Shown piece by piece: positions 53,501 through 64,000 of a stretch of 64,000 bases of DNA (its first letter is position 1; every line of letters begins with the position of its first letter). Below the pieces are notes generated by a model. The model ran no database searches and was not told the DNA's origin. It worked only from the letters and a program-made list of their open reading frames with translations. The DNA comes from Antedon mediterranea (Eukaryota; Animalia; Echinodermata). The DNA lies in the NCBI RefSeq assembly GCF_964355755.1, contig NC_092678.1, forward strand, positions 12,150,352-12,214,351. The letters are read 5' to 3'. The position numbers and the translations under genes were made by a program.

Positions 53501-56500
53501 TATGGATTTTATAAATGCACCTACTGTTAGTGTTAATTATGTCAACAAACGACCAAAGATCCTAGGCCTAACAAGGCTAAAACGCTTAGGCATTGCCTAA
53601 TCTTAACAGGCCTGGGCCTAGTATGCTGAAGACCGCAATACGACAGGCAACTGGAACTCATCTAGGCTAATTATGATTCCATGTCTTTTAGAGATGTTCC
53701 CATTACTTCATCAAAATCCTAAAAACTTACAGACAAATACTGTACTAACCAAACTTAGAAGCTGCACCAGCTGCAGGTGTTGCTGTTGCTGGACTGACAA
53801 CATTTAAATCAATGTCAGCATTTGCAACCGTCTGCTTCTTGACAAGAGCTACAGTGCATCCATTGTCTGCAACCTACAGTGTTGATAACCAACATGATTA
53901 ATATGCAAAGAAGCATAATATAATAAAGGTAGCAAGTCATAATAAAAATAATAATGCTAAATGAGTAAAAGAATAAATAAGGGCACAATGTGTTGGACAT
54001 TGGATTACTGATTGTGAATAAGGGCAGATTGTGAATTTGAATCCAACTCTTGCCGCATTGCTTGTATCCTTTAGGCAAGACACAACTATTTATGTTTGTC
54101 TCTCTACATCCAGGTGTATAAAATGGGTGCCCGGTTAGATCAAGACAGAAAGCTAATTACTAGCCGAATTATGGGAGAATGTTTCAATAAGTGTTTGAAA
54201 AAAAATGAACGGCGTAATAATGTTAAGCGCTTAGAAGAATATCATTATAATAGCAAATAAGAAGAATACATCATTAATTTTCTAATACATTTTTTGGGGT
54301 TGTACTACTTTACTTTAGCTTCATAAACTTAAATAGTGATTTGGGATTAATGATTGGATCACTTTCGGTACTGATTTTATTTTATTAATTTTGGCAAACA
54401 TTAACAGACATCCACAAATAGCTTGAGTGTGCCAAAGGAATGGCAAAAGAGGCAATCATCTTCTGTTGGTGATCTGCGACACAGATTAGCAACGCAATTC
54501 TTAGATTCTATTATTATATACTTCTAGAAATGTTAATGCAATTCTACAATTTATTCATGTTGCAAAATAGAATTACTTTTTAAAAAGGTCGCTAATTCTA
54601 AATTAAAAAAAATAAGCAGTAAGATTAATTATCATTCAGATATGATTGACTGTATGTGTAAATATTCTACTAACAGCTTTAGGTATGAGGTCACCAATGG
54701 TATTGAGTTTTATCAGTTGACCATTTCGTTGTGATGTTGCATCGATGTCAGAAAGAATTAGGTGTCCACCTCGCCCATGGCGCCAGCCTATAAAAAAAAG
54801 TAGAGCATATCAAAGGGTAGGAAAACATGATAACTGAATTTACTGTACCTTCATCTATCTTCAAACAACATAGATATTCCATAACATTTTTATTTGTACG
54901 GTATCAAAATAAACCAAATATAATAATAATTAATCAAAACATATCCCAAAGGCCTCTATAATTCTTAAAAACAAAGTACTGTAGGAAAAGTTGGTAATAT
55001 CTGGATGTATTTCAAGAGCTGAAGATGATCTTTGACTGACTAAACAATAGACTGTTTATAATAGCAGGTTTGCATGTTCATAGTAGGAAACTGCTAGGAG
55101 GCAATAGAGAGTGAACATTAAATTAAGATAAAAGAGATCTTTCTGTAGTCAACACCTTTCAGTACATCTATGAATGAATAAGTAGTTGAGAGCAGGAATG
55201 CTAGTAAACTAAACACAGTACCATTTTGATTTGACAAGAAATTATCTCTCTCTCTTTGAAAATTGCTTCAACACATTCAGGTATTCTGATTGTGGTGTGC
55301 TGTTAGTATAGTATCTTGGTGTGTAGAAGTTTATTAATAATTTTTTTTTTAATAATGTTTAGAAAAGAATTTATATCTGATCGTAGTTGTAACTACACGA
55401 TTTGGTAAGCCGTATGTTGTTATGTAAATGAGTTTTTGTTTTACTAATCTTGTATATTAGAAGTTGCCTAGTATTGTATTAACTCTTTTCTGCCATACAA
55501 CTTTATGCTGTATTGTTGCTTACACCGGTAGGGAGATATCTGGTTCATGTCAGATATTTTATTGTAATAATATGTTATGCATTAATATTAATCGCTCTTG
55601 ACCTTGGAGCTTTCAATATTGTTCAAAAACATGTGCTGTACGCTCCGTCGCCACTCAGGGCTAGATAGGAATTTTTTTTTCTCAAGGTTAAGAGTGTTTT
55701 AGTAGAATATTACGGGTTAGCATCCATTTGTTTTCAGTTCATTTAATTGTATGTTAACATGATTGGATATATTGAGATTATACAGGTATAATTGATAAAA
55801 ATCAATTAAGAAATTTATATTTAATTTTAATTCATACAGTATTATTTATATTATAATTTTAATTCATATAGTATTATTTATATTTAATTTTAATTCATAC
55901 AGTATTATTTATATTATAATTTTGGTTCAACAGAAAAGTAAAATAACACACGACTATTTAATTTTCATCATTTCGTTTGTCATCCAGAAACAAAGATTGC
56001 AATTATTATTTGTTATTTATTTATACGATGTACATGGGGTTATGGAAGTTGGCGTGTGCGAATAAACACGTTTTAGACAGTTTGTCACCATTGGTTCATG
56101 TATGGGGTTAACGGGGGCTGAGATGAGATCCAAGTTTAACTGTGCTGGAAGGGCATTAGGTTAAATCTATTACACTCCCACACCTCAAAAGACAAGGCCT
56201 GCTATTGGTTAATAAAGGACTTAAACTCAACTTACTGAGATCTAAATGTTGAACTTTTGGGCGATCTGTGTATGGATCATTTTTGTACAATGTATCCAGT
56301 ATCTTCTCCTTTACTTGACTGATGGTGTCACAGCTAAGAACTTTCACTTTTTGAAATTCACCACTGTCAGAATTTTGTATTGCATTCAGTGTCTGTAAAA
56401 TAAAAAAAATATATATTTTTAGAATATTAAGTTGTAATTAAAGTAATTAATATAGTACACACACAAGACAAAGTAAATACAGAGATTAACTTTGACTGTT

Positions 56501-59500
56501 TACTGTTGTTTTAATAGAAATCCATTGTGGCCATGAAATTTCATCCAATATAATGAAAACGGAATGAATGTATACGGGAAATAGAATACATACAATGACT
56601 TGAGGACGTTCGTCTGACTGAAGGCAATTATCAAGGTTCAATGAGTATGTAGCACGTCCAGTAATGGCATCTACTGGACCCATCTCAATCCTTAACTTCA
56701 GTGCATGGTACAGAACATACAGTGGATGCCCGGCATAGTCCTGCAAAACACATGAATGTTTAAATGAGCAAATGGCCAAAAAGTTAAGACATTGGAACTG
56801 TAATCCATAGCCTTATGCCAAGGGTTTGAGGCTCACTTGCTCCATGGTTCTGGTGGTAGAATGAGTCTTCTTGGATAGTTAATTGTTTTTAACTGTGTGC
56901 TAGTTTATTTTTTATTCTTTTATTTTATTTCATACACATCCAACAGCGAGCATAAACTCGCCAATTACAGGATGGATAAACTATTTTATCGTGCTTATAA
57001 ACTAAGTCTCATTTGAGGGTTAGAGAGTGGAGTTAAAAGAGTCTTGAGTTACAACCCTGCCACGAGGTCAGGATTGAACCCTGGACCTTGGGATTGGAAG
57101 GCAAGCATGTTGTAACCACCAAGCTACAGCTCCACTACAATGCGATAAGCTATGCTTTTCTGTTCAATGTGCAGTATGAAGTCATACTACACTCAGGGAG
57201 TGGAAAGAAAAAATTAAAATATAATAATTTTCACGATAGAACCACACTCCTACACACAGACTAAGAATTGAACTTACTGGCATATAATTGCATCACAACG
57301 CATACGCATTAATAGATGAAAGTCGAACCAATAAATATGATAAAAATGTGCAATATTTCTGGGTTAATTTCAATGTTTAGTTAATATAAAACTAATAAAC
57401 ATTATAAGTAAATCTTCCAAATGATTATTTTTATTATATGAATGTGAGAAAAGCAATATAAACATACCTTAAGGTAATTGTACATTGATAAAGCTATCCA
57501 ATTGGACAATAGCTTTGCAGTCACAGAGTCTGTTCTATAAATGTTAAACAATAATTCAGTTTGAATATGTTGAACATATTTTCACATTTACTGTAACTAA
57601 CAATAAATACATTGACTTTCATTGCTCCAACAATAACAATGTACAGTAACATGGTAGTAAACATATTTTCTTTTTGGTAGAAAGAATGTGCCCTCTAATT
57701 TGCATAGAACACAAGATAATATACACAAGATGACCTGAAGTAGTTATGACTGTGAACAACTTTAACAATTTGGTTTGATACTCAATGCAGAAACTAGTGC
57801 CATGTCTGATCACCTCAGCAACTCCATTTTGCAAAGACAATGATTTTAACATAGAATACATGTGACTCAAAATAATGAGACAGAAGCTATGATTGAGCCA
57901 CCGTTTTGATCTTTATTGGATCAATAAAGATTGAAACGTTGAAAACTGACTTCCCTCTCATTATTATATTTGGATTTAGTTTATTTCATGCTATCTAATA
58001 TTGGATTAGGTTTGTAGATCATCTTGTGTTTTTGTTGTCTTGCTTTAGTATAATATCGGACATTATTATACGCTGTTGACAAAGAATAAATAAAAACAAA
58101 CTGACCTGGCTAGGACCTGCTTGGCTTTATGCGATGACACACAATAATCAATGTTGTCTATTAACAACTCCTCAAGTACCCTATAACACAACACAAATTA
58201 TTGTCAGTTTCATTTATTTAAACAATTAATTGTAACCAACAAATGTCTATATTTGCTGGATTGTTGTGGTGAAACAAGACTTAAAGACAATTGTTCAATT
58301 TGATTAAGACAAAATGGAAGTGAAATTATTTCCATCAAATGTATTATAATATAAAAAAAAAGTAATTTACTCAGTAAAATAATCCATTTTATCTTCGATG
58401 AGAAATTCCACCACAAGTAACGATGCAATGTTACACCTAAAACATGACAAAATAATACACTTTAAATCATTGTTGAATTACAACTTTTTTGGCAAAAACT
58501 ATTAAAAACTATTGTAAGGACAAAATAATATAAGAACAAATTAATATTTTTCTTATATATAAATCTTAGGTGTAAAATTATGGGAAAAGTGGCAATTTAC
58601 AATAAAAAATAATCAATGAAAGTAAAAAAATTAGCATATACTTGCAATCAATTTGGACTACAAGTAGATCACAACTTTATAAGTAAAAAAATGGTTTTTA
58701 GAGGAGTTAACATGCAAATATTTAATCCAACAAAAACATGCTAGGTTATAAAATGTAAGGCTTCATACAATCAAATAGGTTAAGGAGTCTAGCAATAAAT
58801 AGTGTGTTATTCACACTATCCTGTATTGTAATAATTATGGGTCAAAAAACAACACATCTTACACATTTTAAATTGCTTTCATTTTGCTTAGTCAGTAAAA
58901 ATAAGTTTGATGTCAGATGTCAAAATAAAATGCAAACGTTGTAACTATCATCATTAGGCTTAAAACAACAATGTCATAATTAATATGTGATTGTGATTTT
59001 TAAAAATTCCATTAAATGGCCTTATTATTAAAATTAAATAAATGTTTTTGAATAAACAAAAAAATTTATCTGAACATCACTAAATTGTTGTTATATGTTA
59101 TGTACTGTATATTGATTGAAATTAAAGTTTATTGTAAATTGTTATGTTGTATCTTGAAATAAAAGAATGTTCAACATATGACATTGGTCAACAAGAAAAA
59201 AAATATGTTGCCTAACAATGCATTAAATTTAATTAAATGAATTTGAGCTAATTTTGCAATTTAAATTTGGTTAAAAAACTGTAGACTGTAAATTGTAGAT
59301 CTGAACTCACAGGCTTTTTCATCATTTTGTGTTAATGATATTCAGGTTTTGAATTTATAAAGCGCAAATAAAAAAAAAAATCTTTAAGCGCTGTGAACAA
59401 CATTCAAGTGAAAGTTAATCAAGAAAAAGGCTGAAAGCGGAATTCCATGACAACATGTTACCTAATTATTATGCACTAAAATGTCTCCCTTCACTATAGA

Positions 59501-62500
59501 GTACAGTACTTATTAAAAACTAAAAAAGTTAACACAACTTGGTAAAACTGTAAAGGTTATCTTTAAAGTTGGTTTAAAAAAACAAATCATATTCAGTTTA
59601 AACAAAAAACAAAAACCACAATATTAAAGTAAAAATAATTTGATTTAAAATGTTACACCACAAATATTTTCCCCATTTGTTATTCAAACATGCAGCAAGT
59701 TTTCAATAAAATGGAATGAACAACAATATGTAAGGGAGGTAAACATAAAATGTGGTACAAACAATGTAACCATATCAACAAAAAGAATAAAACAATTTGA
59801 ATGCAAACAAATTAACTGAAATTAAAAAAAAAATGTTGAGTGCAAAAGGTAAAAAACCCAAACTTTACCACAATGAACAGAAAACTGTAAAAGCTGTGGA
59901 GAAATGGTATGATATTAACTTGAGGCAAATTAAAAAAATACATGTTGTGATACACACTACAGTGAAACACCTTCTTTGAGACCTCCCTATTAAGGGAATA
60001 CACACCTCTATTAAAACACTACTGTCATTTGAAATGAACAAGGGCAATATTGTTTCAACATTATGGCCAATTACCTTGTTTAGTGGACACTTTCTTGTGA
60101 AACAGATAAAAGGATAATGCGTTTTAACACTACAGCTAACCACTATTCAGGAGACATCTTAATTAAGGCAAAGTTTTTTTTTGAGTTGATGTATACTTTA
60201 AAATGCCAAAAAATTATACAAGTCTTATAATTTCGGTTTGTAAATTCAATTTGAGAAAATATTTTCTAGTACTGGCTAGATTGTGTGGAAGTTGAAACAG
60301 TATATAAAACATACGTAAAGATGGCTCACTAATAATTGAAATGTGCAGTATTAAGGGTAAAAAACTTACTTCTCTTTAACAGTAACTTTTGAATTGCTGT
60401 CCAACATTTTGATGAAAGTTAACAAGAAACTCTTGTTAAGAAGAAGCTCTGAAAGTTGTTGTAAACGTGTTGTAATGTTTTCACTATCCTAAGTGAAGTA
60501 AATTATTAGAAAAGAAATAATTACTACACAAATATTTATTTCATATTATTAATTTTATTGATCAGAGTGTTTAAAGGCAAGAAATTGGAATGTTGATCGT
60601 TGTCTAAGAACACCGGGACTTTTAAGGCCAAAGATTACCGTACACCTTGCGTTAGATAACTAACCTAACGCTGTGAGTCTGAACATACCCTTAGATTCTA
60701 GGACAACAAACAGAAATGTTTCCTGCTTAAAGCTTGGTTCCCACTAGAACGTAACGCAAGGACGTAAACGCAACGCAAGCGTTTTAACCAATGACAAGGG
60801 AAGCTATAGACAGTTAGCAATCACAAGCGAATAAGCCATCGCTTGTGATTGGTCAATTCACTTGCGTTGCGTTATGTCCTTGTGTTGCGTCGCTAGTGGG
60901 AACCACGCTTTACTGTTACTTTGACCACTATCACTCATCCATATTTATTGCATATAACCATGGAGTACAACTCGGGTTGTAATACAACTGAATAGGGAAT
61001 AGTTGAATGTTAAGTTTTTTCGTTCATAGTTGTTTTAACTCTTTCTAATTATCACTTCATATTATCAGGCGTGGGAGTGCCTCCCCAATACACTCCAAAA
61101 AATGACTGAAGTCGTGCCATTTACCGCACGTTTGGTAAACTTTTACACATGAAAAACAGCAAACCTATAGCACACTATGTGCTGGAGTACAATGTGTAGC
61201 ACACTAGCAATTTTAAAGACACAAAGTCTGTGATATGATAAATCAATAAACAAAAAAACTTACTTTGTTTTGTGAATCTGGAATATGTTCAAAGCCATTG
61301 AACATCATGTTACAGACATATTGTTTGTGAGTAACAAAAGGCATTACAATCCCTTGAAAATCATCCGCCGTCAAATCAGTCAAGTAAACGGTTAAATCAG
61401 CAAATGCTATTACAAAAATAAATTAGAAATGATAAGTTTGTGTTTAATAAGTATTTAACCAAATATTCTACACTATGTTATAATGTTTTTTACAAAATAT
61501 TCACATTTCTATAGTTCATTCAATATGATTGTGTTTGTATTTTCTCTATGATTTTTAATTAATATGTGAAGAGAAATTTATTAATATCAACAAGGTAAGT
61601 ACAACATTTTAAGTATAGTGATATTAATAATGTATGAACAGTTGAATGATACTAATTACAATCCTTTATCCAAATTAAAATAGAAAAAACATTGAAAAAA
61701 AATGTTATTTTTATAATTATACAAAATATGAGAAAAATACTTTTTTTTTTAATTAAGGTTGTATGACAAATCTATACTGGAAGTCATTATTGCCTACAAT
61801 CTGCAACTGTTGGTTGGTCAGGGTTGGGTTTGGGGGTAGTATCATGGCACAAATGGAATTGTTCACCTAAGGAATGTACAGTACAGCCAGGCATACGTAT
61901 TAAGAGGCAGTTGTAAAGATATTCTGGCCATTTGCATCTACTAAAGACACACAACAGAATGCTGAGTACTTTGGCAATAAAACAAAGATGGGAATTCTGT
62001 GTACATAATTGAAATATTGGGACATACTTGAGAATGAATGACATTTTACCAGTTTAAAAGTACAAATTTATTGTAAATGGTTATCCTGCAATTTGGTCAG
62101 TTATGCCCAAATAAGGTCATGTTATGCCCAAATAAGGTCATGTTATGCCTAAATAAGGTCATGTTATGTTTGATTTTAATGATTCACCTGATTGAGCTTC
62201 TTCCTGTACTTCTTCTTGAATTCTTTCCATTTCAACATAAACTTTTTTGGTTTCTTTGTCATATTGTTTAATCCTTCTTCTATGGATCAGAAGAATGATA
62301 AAGAAGAGAAGTATTGCAACACCTATTACTGAACAAACTACAATTATTTCTACTTGAATGTTGGAAGAATATTCGATGGGTCCAAACGTCACATTAATGT
62401 TACCATGTTGAATCTGAAATGAAAACAATTCAATTATACTACTATACGCTATTATTTTGTTTTCTGTACAATAATATCTTGAACTTTGATATTTAGCAGT

Positions 62501-63841
62501 AGTTTAAAAAAAAGATTTAAAAAAATTCAAAAAAGCATTTAAAAACATAAATTCCCGCTTATTGAAGAATAGCATTTAAACAAAAACAATCATTAATTAG
62601 AATATTATACAGATAATGAATGTTTACGAGTTGAATGGTGAGAATATTTAATAAGTTGAAAGATTGACTGCTCCCATTTAACGGGTAGCAAGATTACAAT
62701 CATAGGTGTTATAAAATTCATTATTTTGTGATAAAAGATAATGTTCTATCAATTGCAGAACATTTGGCAATATCAGGAGCAGAGTATTTTACTTTTAAAT
62801 GAGAGGTTACCTTTGGCTTTTAATTGAACTTCACTAACAATTCTATATAATAACATTATAAAGTAGTACTGTATCAGTACTTCAATAAATTTGAGAAAAA
62901 TGTCCTTTTCTGTACCATGCTGTCTAAGAGGTTACTTTTAAAGTGAGTAATAATTAGATTATGATTCTTGTGATCAGAAACATTTGTTCACCTTAACAAT
63001 AGGATGATCTTCACCATCTACTGGATTAGGTTCCTTGTCTGGTACTTCAACAAGAACTACTGTACTTGTTATTGCATTTACAGTACATTTAACACTTCCT
63101 ATGAACACTTCAACATCCTCAACTTCACTTGCAAGGTTGATGTCAGAACCCTAATGTACAAAAGCATTTGTTAAATTAATAATAAATAATCACAATCAGT
63201 AAATTACTGATTCAATAAGGATTTGAAAAGTTCTTTTTTAAATTCAAAAATAAATGTAGCTCAATAATACACTTTACAAAAACCAACTATAATAGAACTA
63301 AATTCAATTATAAAAATTCTGAGATTTGTGTAAATATTTTGTGCAGTAGTGGAAACTAAGTTTGGTTGCCACTAGCAGGCATTGCATGATGTAAGCACAA
63401 CACAAGCAACTTGACCATCCATGAAACGATTCATGGATCGTCCATTGCATCATAATAGTCAAATTACTTGCGTTGTCAATTACATTCTTCCATTGTGCTA
63501 AGTAGAGTTGATTTAATGCTTTTACGCAATACACTGCTGAAGAAATAAAACTAGATATTTACCATCAACTTCATAAATTCATCAATATGTTTGTCATATC
63601 TGTATATTCCCTCTACTACAGTCTCTCCATAAAAAGACATATTATCAAAGGGATAATATATTGGATTAGGGTAAACTGAAAATCCAAAATCACCACTCAA
63701 TGCAGGAACGAAACCATCAAATGAAAAGGTCAAAGGTAAAACTGTCCGGTCTGTCTGTCGTCTGCTACGATAACCTGATGTGGAGAGATCAGCTGGTGGA
63801 CTTTCACAATCCATATCCTCATTTGACAGAATTATACAGTT
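50514..63841 (-). CDS. plexin (divergent, B-like features), 3' part: IPT domains, TM and cytoplasmic split RasGAP-fold/RBD; 5' end lies beyond the window
   Basis: 19 GT-AG exons with consistent phases (2541 nt, ~846 aa): 63841-63563, 63150-62992, 62413-62188 (TM), 61406-61264 (AFADL), 60488-60370 (NKSFLLTFI), 58436-58371 (NIASLL), 58180-58106, 57534-57468 (RTDSV..LLSNW), 56740-56594 (GPVDAITG), 56392-56236 ([13 protein letters not shown]), 54787-54675, 53873-53750, 53209-53124 (HYHL), 52924-52811, 52674-52508 ([12 protein letters not shown]), 52373-52226 ([15 protein letters not shown]), 51347-51210 (NRLLY), 51107-51033, 50651-50514 (stop). Confidence 0.93.
51975..52221. repeat. 51-bp tandem repeat (~5 near-identical copies) in a plexin intron
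   Basis: unit CAACACCATGTTGGACGATACTGGTCCCTGGCAGTGAACCTACTAGGCCTA. Confidence 0.95.
54020..54250 (+). mobile_element. degenerate SINE
   Basis: B-box-like TTTGAATCC, then TCCTTTAGGCAAGACAC and CAGGTGTATAAATGGGT core-like blocks and an AAGCGCTTAG 3' segment. Confidence 0.55.
57005..57135 (-). mobile_element. tRNA-derived SINE
   Basis: minus strand GTAGCTTGGTGGTT...CAGGGTTCAATCCTG has A/B boxes followed by a non-tRNA body. Confidence 0.6.
60730..60910. mobile_element. palindromic MITE in a plexin intron
   Basis: AGCTTGGTTCCCACTAG...CTAGTGGGAACCACGCT inverted ends with long internal complementarity. Confidence 0.8.
62100..62168. repeat. 21-bp tandem repeat (~3 copies)
   Basis: unit TTATGCCCAAATAAGGTCATG. 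Confidence 0.85.
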
Positions 63842-64000
63842 CTGAAAAAACAACACATCATTTCTTTATTTATTATGTACATTAAAGAACAATTTACAAG
63901 GAATTTTCAAAATAATTAATTAATTTTCATAAAGTCATATACTTTGCTTAAATCTGACTAAACAATTCTACTTAGTAAACATTATAATCAAAATAAATAC

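Noticed and set aside
54390-54507. Possible extra plexin exon
   Set aside because: Frames hit stops without a good donor, and the flanking exons already join in phase with plexin homology
57900-57942. Second hammerhead (hairpin followed by GAAACGTT)
   Set aside because: No CUGANGA box on either strand; just a short palindrome

Overview
AT-rich, intron-rich animal DNA. An echinoderm-like marine invertebrate is inferred from the repeat types and frequent TAGGCCTA motifs, but not proven. There are three zones. (1) 404-10427 is one nested stack of non-autonomous DNA transposons, followed by a small direct-repeat unit with a minimal hammerhead-like motif (~11.0 kb). (2) ~12.0-40.9 kb, minus strand, holds a tandem family of tiny multi-exon genes that the ORF track essentially misses: three apparently intact copies (A, B, C; 63-88 aa), three damaged copies (D, E, F) and one orphan exon. 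Each has a signal-peptide exon, a hypervariable Cys exon (mostly a 4-Cys truncated EGF-like motif) and a short tail exon with a conserved C-terminal M-F-x-S-x-G-D-x(2,3)-R-stop motif. LINE relics and minisatellites are interleaved. This family is the best candidate for an undescribed system. (3) After two more transposon blocks (41.1-43.0 and 44.0-49.1 kb), 50514-63841 on the minus strand is the 3' part of a plexin gene: 19 hand-spliced, phase-consistent exons (~846 aa: IPT, TM, split GAP, RBD). Its GAP arginine motifs are altered (LLRRTES->VLARTDS; LPLRFW->VPSKFW). All gene models were spliced by hand without expression or database support.
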